Source of the DNA: Candidatus Poribacteria bacterium
GTDB lineage: Bacteria; Poribacteria; WGA-4E; PCPOR2b
DNA: 64,000 nucleotides
NCBI GenBank assembly: GCA_965218095.1
Contig: OZ244587.1
Span: 3,776,001-3,840,000, forward strand
Direction of reading: 5' to 3'
The notes under the pieces are model-generated. The model saw nothing but the letters and a program-made list of their open reading frames with translations. It was not told where the DNA came from and did no database searches. Within the stretch, counting starts at the first letter, position 1; each line of letters opens with the position of its first letter. Below, piece by piece: positions 21,049 through 32,700 of the stretch. Made by a program: the position numbers and the translations under genes.

Positions 21049-22086
21049 TTACTGACACAAATGCACTTTGATTGCGCCGAATCGCTTATCAGCAGCAATC
21101 TTGAACGCTTCAGCGACATCAGTCAGTGGAAACCGATGGGTAACTAACTTTGTTGCATCTACCTTGCCTGACGTGATGAGATTGATGGCGGCCTCAAAAT
21201 CGGTGTCCATACCAGTGTAGCCGTAACAGTTGGAGCCGGTGATAATCGCCTCCGACCAGACGACACGACTCAAGTTCACCTCCAACGGCTTGTAATAGCC
21301 TGCGACAAGCACGACAACCCCACATGGTCGAACCATCTCCATCGCAGCATCAAAGTTTTGTCCGCCGCCGACGGTTTCAAGCACAGCGTCCATGCCAAGC
21401 CCACCTGTCAAGTCGTTCACATATTCTTTGGGATCAGTTTCGTCGATATGAACCACATAATCAGCGCCCAATTCTTTCGCGAGTTGAGCTTGCTGGTCAT
21501 ACTTGACGGTGATTAAAGTCTCTTTGACACCGGCCGCTCTTGCGGCTGCTAGGCAAAACTGCCCGGTTATCCCACCGCCAATGATTGCAACGCCATCCTG
21601 ATAGGTCGCGCCGGCCTGCCCCACTGCGCGGTAGGAGACCGCAAGCGGCTCAACCAGAGCTCCCCCTTCAAAACTCATGCTTTGTGGCAGCTTAAAGAGC
21701 CCCGAAGCGTGGGCAACTGTGTACTCCGCGAAGCCGCTGTGTGTGTTGTGCGAAACCCCTTTGCGCTCGAGGCAGTGGTTGTAATAGCCTTTTCGGCAGT
21801 AGACGCAACGCCCGCAGTGTGAAAAACATTCAATAGCAACTTTATCACCCGGTTGAAATTGTGTAACGCCTTCACCAAGCTCGACAACGACGCCACACGT
21901 CTCGTGACCGGCGGCAAGGGTACGCGATTGATCCCAGTGACCAAAATAGCTATGTAGATCGCTGCCGCAAATCCCCGTTTGCCTGGTGTCAATCGTGACA
22001 TACCCCGGTCCTGGGGGAGTGCGTTCGACCTCCTGGATGCTAATCTGTTGAACATCTGTATAAATTGCGGCTTTCATTTTGCTCAT
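21049..22086 (-). CDS. zinc-dependent alcohol dehydrogenase (MDR family)
   Basis: GICGSDLH, GHE, CGRCVYC...C, EPLAV and GGG motifs; AAGGAGG RBS. Confidence 0.93.
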   Translation of the reverse strand: MSKMKAAIYTDVQQISIQEVERTPPGPGYVTIDTRQTGICGSDLHSYFGHWDQSRTLAAGHETCGVVVELGEGVTQFQPGDKVAIECFSHCGRCVYCRKGYYNHCLERKGVSHNTHSGFAEYTVAHASGLFKLPQSMSFEGGALVEPLAVSYRAVGQAGATYQDGVAIIGGGITGQFCLAAARAAGVKETLITVKYDQQAQLAKELGADYVVHIDETDPKEYVNDLTGGLGMDAVLETVGGGQNFDAAMEMVRPCGVVVLVAGYYKPLEVNLSRVVWSEAIITGSNCYGYTGMDTDFEAAINLITSGKVDATKLVTHRFPLTDVAEAFKIAADKRFGAIKVHLCQ

Positions 22087-22174
22087 GGGAATTCCTCCTT
22101 TAAGCATAGAGCTCACCTGAGTCAAGTTTGATTAAACCTTACGAAGGTTTGAAACCTTCGCAAGGTTGGAGTCA

Positions 22175-23548
22175 TTACGTTTCACGTTGGATGTTATACC
22201 GTCGCATTTTGCGATGCAGGTTGGTACGCTCAATGCCAAGTTGTTTGGCGGTCTCAGTGATGTTCCAATTGTTTGCCTGGAGGCGGTTTTGGATAAAATG
22301 GCTCTCGAATTCGTTCCTTGCCTCTCTAAGCTGGGGCTCTGTACTGATTTGGGGTTCCTCTCCCCTGCGAAAGAGTTCTGCAGGCAGATCTTCCAGCCCG
22401 ATTGTTTCGTGTGGACACAAGATGACAAGCCGTTCGATCAGGTTGCGAAGTTCGCGGACATTGCCGGGCCAATCATACTTGCTCAGAACTTGCAGCGTAT
22501 CCTCGCTCATCCGCATCTGCGGTTTTCGATTTTCTTGGGAGAATCGATCCAAAAAGTAATCAATGAGCAAAGGGAAATCTGCAACCCGTTGACGCAAAGA
22601 CGGAATATGAATGGGCACAACGTTCAACCGGAAGTAGAGATCTTCACGAAAATTGCCGGCCTGAATCTCATCCCGCAAGTTTTTGTTCGTTGCGGAAATA
22701 ACGCGGACATCAACGCGAATGCTCTGTCCTCCGCCAACCCGCTCAAACTCCTGTTCTTCAAGAACACGAAGGACCTTCGCCTGGGTTGATGGACTCATAT
22801 CGCCGATCTCGTCGAGGAAAATTGTGCCGCCATCAGCCTGCTCGAATTTCCCAATGCGTCGACCCGATGCACCGGTAAAGGCACCGCGTTCATGCCCGAA
22901 AAGTTCCGCTTCAATGAGATCTCCGGGGATGGCTGCACAGTTGACTTTGACAAAAGCGGCTTTATGACGTGGACTAAGTTCATGAATCGCATAAGCGACC
23001 AATTCCTTCCCGGTGCCGCTGTCACCGGCGATGAGGACACGCCCATTCGTCGGAGCAATCTGCCGAATTGTCGCCAAGATCTCCTGCATAGGCGGGCTAT
23101 CCCCGATAATCGGGCGTTCAAAACCGCTGCTTTCCCCCAATGGATTTAGATGTCTGATTTCAATCTTCTGAGCCGCTTCTTCCACCCTATCCAGCACGGT
23201 GTCCAGCGAAAGGGGTTTCCCCAGAAAGTCGAGTGCGCCAAGCTGTCCCGCCTCCAATGCGAGTTCAAATGTACCGTGGCCGGTGATTATGATGACTTCT
23301 ATATCAGGGAACAGTTGTTTAATCCGCCGTAGTGTTTCGATTCCGTCAATGCCGCCAAGCATCAGAATGTCCAGAAACACCAGATCAATCTGCTCGCCTG
23401 CGAGGAGACGAATTCCCTCCTCCCCACTGAGGGCAGTCGCAACGCTGTACTCTTCATCCTCTAAGATACCCTGCAGGGATTCGCAAATGCTGGCTTCATC
23501 GTCGATGATTAAGATGTTTGGTTTGAATTGTTGCTTCATAATTTCCAA
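22175..23548 (-). CDS. sigma-54-dependent response regulator (NtrX/NtrC-like)
   Basis: Receiver IIDDE/FLDI, GDSGTGKE, GAFTGA, WPGNVREL and Fis-type HTH. Confidence 0.95.
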   Translation of the reverse strand: MEIMKQQFKPNILIIDDEASICESLQGILEDEEYSVATALSGEEGIRLLAGEQIDLVFLDILMLGGIDGIETLRRIKQLFPDIEVIIITGHGTFELALEAGQLGALDFLGKPLSLDTVLDRVEEAAQKIEIRHLNPLGESSGFERPIIGDSPPMQEILATIRQIAPTNGRVLIAGDSGTGKELVAYAIHELSPRHKAAFVKVNCAAIPGDLIEAELFGHERGAFTGASGRRIGKFEQADGGTIFLDEIGDMSPSTQAKVLRVLEEQEFERVGGGQSIRVDVRVISATNKNLRDEIQAGNFREDLYFRLNVVPIHIPSLRQRVADFPLLIDYFLDRFSQENRKPQMRMSEDTLQVLSKYDWPGNVRELRNLIERLVILCPHETIGLEDLPAELFRRGEEPQISTEPQLREARNEFESHFIQNRLQANNWNITETAKQLGIERTNLHRKMRRYNIQRET

Positions 23549-23770
23549 CGTTTATGATAAACACTAGGAGGTATTCATTCTAGCCACTATTCAGTCGCAG
23601 AGTAGGAGGGGCATTATAAACATAAACTTTTGAGAATCCGCATCGGAACTGGAAAATTAACCTCTGAACTCAAATTCCGTATCGTGTTCTTGATACATGA
23701 AATGGAGCAGATTTTCTTACGCATTTAGTGATAGAACACCATCCCCCTTTCCCGCATGGAAAACAAGTGC

Positions 23771-25429
23771 TCAAGCTGCCCTCAACCACAGCGCAAAAGT
23801 CGTGCCGACTTGATCTGACTGAGCCTCCTCAAGACGAATGTCCCCGCCAAGATCTGTGAGGACCTTTTTGACGATTGCCAAACCTAGACCCATGCCCTCT
23901 TTCTTGGTAGAAAGGTGGGGTGTAAACAGTTTCGGTCGGACTTCGCGCGGGATGCCCTTTCCGGTATCGGTGAACTGCACGAACACCTTGGATTGATCCG
24001 CTGATGTAGAAGCGCGAATCGTCAACCGACCTTTTCGCCCCTCTCCCTTGATGGGAGAGGGGTTGGGGGTGAGGGTGTCAAATTCCTCCGACATAGCTTC
24101 CAGTGCGTTTTTGATGAGGTTGAGAAATGCGCGTCTGAGGTAGTCTGCATCGGCGATGACAGGTGGGAGATCGGGCGGGAAATCGATCTGACAATCGATA
24201 TACGCAGGGAGCTCCCCGAAAAGATCCAATGTTACGTCAAGCGTCTCACGTAAGTTGATGGGGGAAAACTGAGGCACTGGCATCCTGGCAAGCAGAGAGA
24301 ACTCATCAAGGAGGTGTCGCAATCCCTCAACTTCGGCGATGATGGTTTGCGTGCAGCGATCCAGGATTTCCGCGAAGCCGTCAGGATTATTACGGTAACG
24401 GCGCTGCAAGCGTTGGGCGGACAACTGAATCGGTGTCAGTGGGTTCTTGATCTCATGCGCCAATTTTTGGGCGATGTCCTGCCACGCCGCAATTTTTTCC
24501 GCACGCTTTAATTCCTCAGTACGCAACTTGAGGTCAAAAACCATCCGGTTAAAGGCGTTGGCTAAAATGGCAAACTCATCATCAGTTTGTACTTCAACCC
24601 TGTAATTGAGGTTTCCATCAGAGATCTGCTCCGTGCCAGTAACAAGCGACCGGATCGGCATGTTAATTCCTTTAGCGAGGAGCTTACTGGCCCAAAAGGC
24701 AACCCCAACAATCGAAGCTGCCGTAATCAACAGGGCGATAAAAGTTGCACGTGTTTCCGTTCGGCGATATTCCGTCCCTTCCTCGTCAATATTCGTTGAC
24801 AACATGTCGATCTTTCGCTGGATTGCCGCCCACTGTTCACGCATCTGGGTTGGCGTCATTGGCATGGATTTCCCGACGACGATAGTGCCTAAACGCTGCT
24901 GTCCGTCTTCCGAAAAAGCTGGCATCCCGCACATCAAAAACCCTTGATTTTCCAACGCATCCGAAATTGTCGGGGCATCCGGTAACTGATCCAACGGGTC
25001 CAAAAAATCGGTGAGGTTTGCTGGCGGCAAGTTCGGATCAGTGCTGAATACTCTATTTCCCGCTCGATCATAAACGGCGATGAGATAACTGTCGTAGGCA
25101 TCGGCAAGTTCAACCGCGCGCGTCTTGACAGCTTCGAGGTCGAACCGATCTAACGCAGCAACCAGGTCGAAGTCGACAGCCAACATCTCAGCGGCATCCG
25201 TCAACGGCCCGGTCTCATGAAGCCCAAGGTTATAAGCCAATTCCTTCGCATCGTTTACAGTCGCCGCAGAATCCTCAAGCGTCAGCGCAATCTGATGGTT
25301 CGCCCACCGTTCTACGCTCCGACTAATCAAATGGTAGGAAACGAGGACAAGTACAACGGTTGGCAACAGCGCCATCCCTGCAAAAATAACCATCAGCTTG
25401 CGTTGAAACGTCAGGCGATTGAGGAGCAT
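23771..25429 (-). CDS. HAMP sensor histidine kinase (NtrY-like)
   Basis: AWQDIAQKLAHEIKNPLTPIQLSAQRL, NLIKNA, DTGKGI, GMGLGL; two TM segments. Confidence 0.93.
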   Translation of the reverse strand: MLLNRLTFQRKLMVIFAGMALLPTVVLVLVSYHLISRSVERWANHQIALTLEDSAATVNDAKELAYNLGLHETGPLTDAAEMLAVDFDLVAALDRFDLEAVKTRAVELADAYDSYLIAVYDRAGNRVFSTDPNLPPANLTDFLDPLDQLPDAPTISDALENQGFLMCGMPAFSEDGQQRLGTIVVGKSMPMTPTQMREQWAAIQRKIDMLSTNIDEEGTEYRRTETRATFIALLITAASIVGVAFWASKLLAKGINMPIRSLVTGTEQISDGNLNYRVEVQTDDEFAILANAFNRMVFDLKLRTEELKRAEKIAAWQDIAQKLAHEIKNPLTPIQLSAQRLQRRYRNNPDGFAEILDRCTQTIIAEVEGLRHLLDEFSLLARMPVPQFSPINLRETLDVTLDLFGELPAYIDCQIDFPPDLPPVIADADYLRRAFLNLIKNALEAMSEEFDTLTPNPSPIKGEGRKGRLTIRASTSADQSKVFVQFTDTGKGIPREVRPKLFTPHLSTKKEGMGLGLAIVKKVLTDLGGDIRLEEAQSDQVGTTFALWLRAA

Positions 25430-25517
25430 AAGGCGTCATAGAACCTTTCATCGGAGCGCGCCTACTCGACCGGCGCTTGACCCAAATTGAAAGAATCAAA
25501 ATTTAGGTGCTTATGGT

Positions 25518-25952
25518 CTAACTATTATCGTCATCGTCGTCATCATCACCGCCATCTCGATTCCCGCTCCGGATGCGGTCCAATGCTTGAGCGGCCTGAA
25601 AAGGAACATGATGACTGTCGTCACGCAAAGCTTTTATCAACGCAGGAACTGCCGCCGGATCTCGAATATTACCCAATGCAAGCGCCGCATTGCTGGCAAT
25701 CAACCGGTCGTTTAAGGCTTCTATCAACGCAGGTATCGCCCTTGGATCACCAATCTGTCTCAATGCACCAGCGGCACTTTCGCGAACCCGTTCGTCGTCA
25801 TCGTTCAAGGCCGCTATCAGTGGCGCTACGGCGAACGCCGGCAGATTGTAATGATCATCATCAGCTAGAGCGCAAGCCGCGTTCATACGAACGGCGCTAT
25901 CGTCGTCTCCAAGTTCCTTGAGTAACCCTTCTACCTCAGCCGGATCTGCCAT
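25518..25952 (-). CDS. HEAT-repeat (PBS lyase-like) protein, possibly 5'-truncated by IS5
   Basis: Repeats VRESAAGALRQIGDPRAIPALIEAL; poly-Asp tail; IS5 lies ~23 bp upstream of the ATG. Confidence 0.75.
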   Translation of the reverse strand: MADPAEVEGLLKELGDDDSAVRMNAACALADDDHYNLPAFAVAPLIAALNDDDERVRESAAGALRQIGDPRAIPALIEALNDRLIASNAALALGNIRDPAAVPALIKALRDDSHHVPFQAAQALDRIRSGNRDGGDDDDDDDNS

Positions 25953-25975
25953 ACCATTGTTAACGACTTGTGCTA

Positions 25976-26796
25976 GGTTCTGTTGACATTTCAAGGGAGC
26001 CATATAAGAGTGGAGACAAAGCTGAGAAATCCAAAATAACGGATAGATAACTTCTCGAACCGAGAGAAGATGCGGCGATACCATCTTTATCTTGTTAATG
26101 AAACATTCAACCCGATGTCTCTCTTTGTACAGATGTTTGTTGTAATCTCTTTGATCCACACGATGACTTTTGGGCGGTATCACCGCAATCGCTCCATTCG
26201 CCTCAATAACCGCGATAAAATTGTCGGAGTCATATCCCTTGTCTCCAATCACATACTCACTTTTATATCCAAGTATCAACGCTTCTGCTTCCGCTATGTC
26301 GTTTCTTTGACCGGGTGTCAGATGTATTCTTAGGGGATTACCCAGGCCGTCAACTGTGATGTGATTTTTTGTACTGAATCCCCCGCGAGAGCAGCCTAAC
26401 GCTTGGTTTTCAGTGCCACCCTTTTTTTTAAGGCGCCCGCCGCACACGGGTGAGCGTGGCAGATGGTACTGTCCACAATAAGCGACTCGATATCGGGGTC
26501 GGCGGCGAAGTGGTGGTGCATCTGTGTGAAGCCCCCTTTGTCGCACCATCGTGCAAACCGCTTGTAGCGGGTGTTCCATTTACCATAGGTGTCTGGCAGA
26601 ATCCGCCATTGAGCACCGCTACGGGTCGCCTAGAGAACCGCTTCGATAAAGCGGCGTGTTGTCGCTTCGTTGCCAACATAGATGTTGGGACAAGTTAGAA
26701 GAAACGAGTATATCTTTTTCCATTGGTCATCGGGTAAGGTTATTGGCATCATTCTTCTATTATGCCACAACCTTATACTCAAATGTCAACAGAACC
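25976..26796 (-). mobile_element. IS5-family element, copy 4 (frameshifted near 26086)
   Basis: IRs and TA flanks; extra base in ATACCATCTTTATC relative to copy 3. Confidence 0.93.
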
Positions 26797-27064
26797 TAGT
26801 TACTGGCTTAAATCAACCGCAGAGGCGCAGAGTGCGCAGAGTTTTTTAATTCTTCTCTGTGTTCTCTGCGTTAAATAAGCGTGTTACGACTTATTGCGAA
26901 ATGTCAAGCCTTAATCTACTTATTGCGTATAAATATCACCGAGAATATACATATCCGCGACTAAAAATTAATGCACCGTCCCCTTCTGGAAATCGGTGAT
27001 AATGTCCGGAAAACCTGCTAAATAGGATAGCATTGCCGGTGGCTTCTGTCAATACCTATTTCAG

Positions 27065-27092
27065 TTGAATTTCTTTGGCGGTGTGATATAAT
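27065..27092 (+). promoter_or_regulatory. putative sigma-70 promoter (extended -10)
   Basis: TTGAAT-16 nt-TATAAT with TG at -15/-14. Confidence 0.5.
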
Positions 27093-27147
27093 ACGCGAAG
27101 CGTAAAACGTGAGACTTACAGCGACTTCGGATTTCCTTTTTGCAGAG

Positions 27148-27906
27148 ATGATTACAACAACAGATCTGACCAAATGTTTCGGCAAACTCACCGCCGTGGA
27201 TCGCTTGACAATGCAGGTCGAAGCGGGCGAGCTCTTCGGCTTCCTCGGTCCCAACGGCGCCGGAAAGACCACAACCATCAACATGCTGACAGGCTTGATC
27301 CGTCCAACGTCCGGTGCAGCGACGGTTTGCGGCTATGATGTCCAAACTCAGGCGCTGCAGGTGAAGGCAACCACGGGACTCATGCCTGATGTTCCCCACC
27401 TCTACGAAACCTTGACGGGGAGGCAGTTTGTCCGCTTCATTGCTGACCTCTACGAGGTTGACGTCAAGCGATCTGAGCCACGGATGGAAGAATTGCTGGA
27501 GGTGTTTGATCTCACCGATGCCGCAGATGCGCTCATTAAAAGCTATTCCTACGGTATGCAGAAGAAAATCCTTTTGACAGCCGTCTTGGTACATGAGCCG
27601 CGTGTCCTATTTCTTGACGAACCGACGAGCGGGCTTGATCCCAAAAGCGCCCGCACAGCAAAGGAGATCCTACGTGCTCTCTGCGATCGAGGTTGTACGG
27701 TGTTCATGACGACACACATCCTTGAGATTGCGGAGCGGGTATGTGATCGGATCGGCATCATTAACGAAGGGAAACTTGTTGCGGTCGGAACAATGGACGA
27801 ACTGCGTCAGAGCAATACAGCGACAGATATGAATCTGGAAGACATCTTTCTCGAACTTACAGACAGCGTTGAACACAAGGAGATGGTGAGGTTTTTAACG
27901 GAATAG
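27148..27906 (+). CDS. ABC transporter ATP-binding protein
   Basis: GPNGAGKTT, YSYGMQKK, LFLDEPT, TTH. Confidence 0.93.
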   Translation: MITTTDLTKCFGKLTAVDRLTMQVEAGELFGFLGPNGAGKTTTINMLTGLIRPTSGAATVCGYDVQTQALQVKATTGLMPDVPHLYETLTGRQFVRFIADLYEVDVKRSEPRMEELLEVFDLTDAADALIKSYSYGMQKKILLTAVLVHEPRVLFLDEPTSGLDPKSARTAKEILRALCDRGCTVFMTTHILEIAERVCDRIGIINEGKLVAVGTMDELRQSNTATDMNLEDIFLELTDSVEHKEMVRFLTE

Positions 27907-27942
27907 TTCCCCGTGAAACCTGAAACATGAAGAGGAAGAATA

Positions 27943-29607
27943 ATGCACGTCAAATCGATAGCAAAATGGTTTTTCATTTTCACATATTTTATGCGGATTC
28001 AGGACCCAATCGCCGCAGAAACCCTTCCTCAATTTGTCGATATTACTAGGGAGGCGGGAATCGATTTTGTCCACAATAGCGGCGCTTTTGGGGAAAGGTA
28101 CCTTCCAGAAACGATAGGTTCTGGTTGTGCATTTATCGACTATGACAACGATGGTTGGCAAGATATTCTGTTAGTGAGCGGTAAAGATTGGCCCGGGCAT
28201 TCAACCGGAAAACGGCAAACGATGGGACTTTATTGCAACAACCATGATGGAACCTTCACGGATGTCACGAAAACCGCCGGGCTTGCTGTGGAATTGTACG
28301 GAATGGGTGTCGCGGTGGGCGACTATGATAACGATGGGGATGACGACTTTTATATAAGCTGTCTGGCGGAAGACCGGTTGTTCCAGAATCAGGGAGATGG
28401 AACCTTCGTCGATGTGACGAAGCAGGCTGGGATTCACAACCCCGGTTTTGGGACAAGCTGCGCTTGGTTGGATTACGACAAAGATGGTAATCTCGATCTC
28501 TATGTCGCCAATTATCTGGAGTGGTCAATTGAAACGGATATCTTCTGCACCTTAGACGGCACGAATAAATCGTATTGTACCCCGGAACCATATCAAGGAC
28601 AGTCAAGCCGGCTATTTAGAAATCGCGGCGACGGCACTTTTGCCGATGTGTCGCGGATCGCGCGGGTTGAGGACCCAACGAGCAAATCGCTCGGCGTCTG
28701 TGTTTTCGACTACAACGACGACGGCTTGCCCGACATTTTCGAGGCAAATGACACGCAGCCGAATAAGCTCTATCAGAACAATGGAGACGGGACCTTTATC
28801 GAAAGAGGGATGATCGCCGGTATCGCTTATGATGAGAGCGGGGTTGCAAGAGGGGCAATGGGAATTGACGCGGGAGATTATGATAGCAGCGGCAAAGAAA
28901 GCCTTGTCATCGGCAATTTCTCCAATGAGATGATGAATCTCTATCATAACGAAGGAGAACTTTTTATCGATGATGCATCCATCGCTAACATCGGGAGCGC
29001 GAGTCTATTGACGTTGGCATTTGGCTGTTTCTTCTTTGATTTCGACCTAGATAGTAAACTCGATATTTTTGCAGCCAATGGTCATGTTGAAGACAACATC
29101 AACGCCGTGCAGAGCGAAGTCACTTATGCACAACCCCCACACCTGTTTCGCAACACCGGTGATGGCAAGTTCGAGGACGTCGCGCTAAAAGTTGGCTCAG
29201 ACCTCCAGAAGCCAATCGTCGGACGCGGTGCGGCGTATGGGGACATCGACAACGACAGCGATTGGGATGTGCTTGTCACCACGTCCAACGGCGCCGCCCA
29301 TTTATACCGTAACGATGGCGGGGTTCAAAATAACTGGATTAAACTGAAATTGATCGGGACGAAAAGCAATCGGAGCGGGGTCGGCGCAAAGATTACGGTC
29401 AAGTCAGAATCCGGAACGCAGACACGGACGCTGAAAAGTGGGGCGAGTTACTGTTCGCAGAGCGAGCTTTCAGCCATCTTCGGAATCGGGAATGACGCCC
29501 AGATCGATTCGATTACGGTGAACTGGCCCAGTGGGATTGTTGATCGGCTTGTTGACGTGAAGCCGAATCAGACGCTCGCTTTGGAAGAGGGCAAGGTGAA
29601 TGAGTAA
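27943..29607 (+). CDS. CRTAC1/ASPIC-UnbV FG-GAP repeat protein
   Basis: Signal peptide; multiple DYDNDG repeats; C-terminal NRSGVGAKI...WPSG. Confidence 0.93.
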   Translation: MHVKSIAKWFFIFTYFMRIQDPIAAETLPQFVDITREAGIDFVHNSGAFGERYLPETIGSGCAFIDYDNDGWQDILLVSGKDWPGHSTGKRQTMGLYCNNHDGTFTDVTKTAGLAVELYGMGVAVGDYDNDGDDDFYISCLAEDRLFQNQGDGTFVDVTKQAGIHNPGFGTSCAWLDYDKDGNLDLYVANYLEWSIETDIFCTLDGTNKSYCTPEPYQGQSSRLFRNRGDGTFADVSRIARVEDPTSKSLGVCVFDYNDDGLPDIFEANDTQPNKLYQNNGDGTFIERGMIAGIAYDESGVARGAMGIDAGDYDSSGKESLVIGNFSNEMMNLYHNEGELFIDDASIANIGSASLLTLAFGCFFFDFDLDSKLDIFAANGHVEDNINAVQSEVTYAQPPHLFRNTGDGKFEDVALKVGSDLQKPIVGRGAAYGDIDNDSDWDVLVTTSNGAAHLYRNDGGVQNNWIKLKLIGTKSNRSGVGAKITVKSESGTQTRTLKSGASYCSQSELSAIFGIGNDAQIDSITVNWPSGIVDRLVDVKPNQTLALEEGKVNE

Positions 29608-29742
29608 GGTCGGCCATCTTTTTCGTCTGGCACAACAGTTCGCAATCTGCTATACTTTTTTCGCAAAGGGCCATCTTGGCTGCGTGGAAAACATTCGGAT
29701 GGCTCGGCGCAATTATTCAAAAGCAAGAATGACTTCAGGTGT

Positions 29743-32700
29743 TTACTGAAACTCTCCACGAATCATCACCGAACTTGCCACCGAAATAAAATCCCGCCCC
29801 TCTTCGACATGATCGTCGTTGTAGCTGAGTCCAAGATTCAGATTTGCAGTCAGGCGAGTGCTCAACTCGTACCCAAGACGTAAGGAGGTCTCGTATCGCT
29901 CAGATCGTTCCTCCCGATTCGCCCCGAACCTTTCACGACGGAGAACCGTTGAAAAGGTGTTCGTGAGATCTAAGTCGTGCTTGAGGGGAATCCTTTTGCC
30001 AATGAACGGGAGGCGGAGTCCGCCTTCCAGCCGTACTCGGTAATCGATGCTGAGGTTCGGGGTGATAATCAACGAAGTGCTATCAATTCCGTATCTTTCC
30101 TGCTCACGCCGTGTCAGGCGAATACCTAAAGCGCTCCTTGTCGCCTGCTCCCATGTTTGACTCCAACTGATTGAAGGCTCGTGGGCGATGCTTTCGCCGA
30201 TCCGGGTGTTGATGTTGCTCTGATCCCGTAACGTATAGCGGTATCTCATTTGAAGGGTCGAGGTGTTGTTTCCGTTGAAAATCTTAATATCCCCTTCATA
30301 ACTTGAGGACTTGGATCGGGAAGAAGTGCTCGACGTTTTGGTGAAGTTGTTGTTGAAGTCAATATTGCTGCCAAGCGACGCCCACCCCCATGGATCGACA
30401 GAGGTGCGAAATCCGTAGCGGGTCCCTTGGCGGGACTGCGTACGTTCCTCTGCCTCATCCGGGAGTTCTAAGATCTCCACAATCGATATACCTGGATTGA
30501 GCCGCCGGAGGGAGTCCTGGGTATTGAAACTCACATTCGCATTCAGTCCAAAACTTTCGATACTTCTGCGAAAGAGCCCGGTTTCCCCTTTCTCTCGCTG
30601 GCTTTGCCGCTTTCTCAACTTACGTTCCAGTTCCGCCTTATCTCGACTAATCCAATCCCCTCTTTGGCTCTCTACCTCTTCAATCATATCCTGATCAATT
30701 CCTCTGTGTTCAAGTCGTTCGAGTTCCCGTTGGCGTCTTTCTTCAAGTCGCATCTCCTCCTCAAAGCTGTCAAATTCTGCGGACGGCTTAGATTTTGCTT
30801 CTCCTCCTTCCTTGCTTCCTTCCTTGCTTCCTTTTTTCCCTTCACCCCCTTCTTCGTCTATACCCTCTCCATCTGCTTCGGCTGGCGTTTCCGGTTCCGG
30901 TTCCCGGAATAGCCATCCGAACCATGCCCGTGGACGGATGTTGAGTCCCAGGCTAACATTCGCATTGATCGAAGCATCCTTCTTATCGCCGAACCAGTTT
31001 TCACGGAAGCTGACCCGGTTGTTAATTGTTGGGCGTATGCCCAGCAGATCGCGGTTGAGACGCGGGTGCAGAGAAAGTCGATGCTCACGTTGCGCAATGG
31101 TGAATTCTGGCTCCACTGCTGGTTCATCTGTACCCTGCGTATCCGTTGTTGTTGGTGTCGTGCTTGTCGGTAGTCCGAAACCGCTAAAACCAAATCCACG
31201 CCCGCGCTGGGCGTTCGGATCTCGTTTCTCAAGTGTGCGGCGAATCTCATAGGTTGGATTCAGACTGAAACTCGAAATCGGGCTAATGTCGATTGAGATA
31301 CTTCCGCTGTCGACCTTTTCATCCCGGTTGCGTCCATAGCCATAGCCGAATGAGGATCTGCCGCCCCCCGAAGTGTCTGTCACGGTTGATGGATCTGTTT
31401 CAACATCCTCGTGGCGATACTGGAGGTCAAGTCCAAAAACCGAGCCGAGACCGAACCGGAAAGAGCCCGTGTAGAGATCGCTAATTTCTGTGCCTTGACG
31501 TTCGTTCCAGAAGTCCTGCCGATTGAGCGCAAATCCCAACGCCGGCAGTGGCTGCAAATTGAGTCTCACAGAAAAATCGCGATTCTTTGTTTTGCTTTCG
31601 CCGCTCTGGAAAGAACGAAACGACCCACGCTGACTTTCTGTCTCAGTTTCCTGCTCACGGATAGAGTAGCGGATTGGCAGCCAGTGGAAAAGGTTGAGCT
31701 CTGTATCAATGTTGAAGTCGTTACTCGTTGTGCTGAACCCTCGATCTAGCCGGCGTTGGCGTCCTGTATCACCGGCGGAACTCTCAAAATCTTTGTCCTG
31801 TCTTGCGTATCCGCCGTTTACCTGGAGCATATTTCCGAGTGCAATAGACACGTTGCCGCGCCGCGCCCAACCGGAACGCACGAGAGGATTACTCACATGG
31901 ATCTCGTTAACCCACACTTCACCGCTGATCTCCTGATTCGTGTCGTTGCGAATGCCGAGCAGGATGCCGCCGATATTCTTAATCGAAAGCTGAGAACTGT
32001 TTGTCCCGCGAACGACAAAACCATCCGGATGTCCGTCGAGTTTATTTGGATCCTCTTGCTCCGGTGTATCCTCCGACGCCTCATCCGTTCCCTCCTCAAG
32101 CCTGGGTGGCGGGAGCTCCCCCTGCCCTTGTAGGGACGGGGGTTGGGGGGTTAGGTCAACGTCAGGGTATTCATTCCGCTTCAGATCTTGTAGTTCAATC
32201 TCAATCAGTTTCCAGCCATCAAAGTCGACCACGTGTGTGTATTCGTAAAAATCCCTCAGATTCTCAAAAATGTTGATTTCCTCCTCCTGCTCCCGTGGAT
32301 CATCAAAAGGACCGGCAGAACGGAAGGCAGATCTAAATCCGGTGCGGATGCTCGGCGCCAGGCGTAACACAAATGTCGTCTGGCTTCTATCACCGTAAAG
32401 CCATAGCCTGAGCTTGTCATATTTTGAAAAGTCTTGCCCCTGGCTTTGCTGAATACCCCGCAGACGTCGCGAGGTCACGCCGAAGGATTCCGGCAAGAGA
32501 ACATAGTTTAAGGTCAGTGTCTGCTCATGCTGCTGCCGTTGTTGAAAGCCGAAAGCCGCTTCCGTAAAAGGGTGCAGTTTTCTGAAGGCATCGTCATTCT
32601 TAATCTTGTCATAAGCAATCTGATAGTCATCGAAGTTGAAGTTGTCTTTTGTACCAACGGTAAACGTCTCAGTTGTATCGGTGGTAACGGCGTTATTCTT

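Noticed and set aside
25522-25548. (TCATCG)n repeat
   Set aside because: It simply encodes the poly-Asp tail of the HEAT protein
25518-26579. 353-aa transposase-HEAT fusion ORF
   Set aside because: Produced by a 1-bp insertion in IS5 copy 4 that reads through the IR into the HEAT gene
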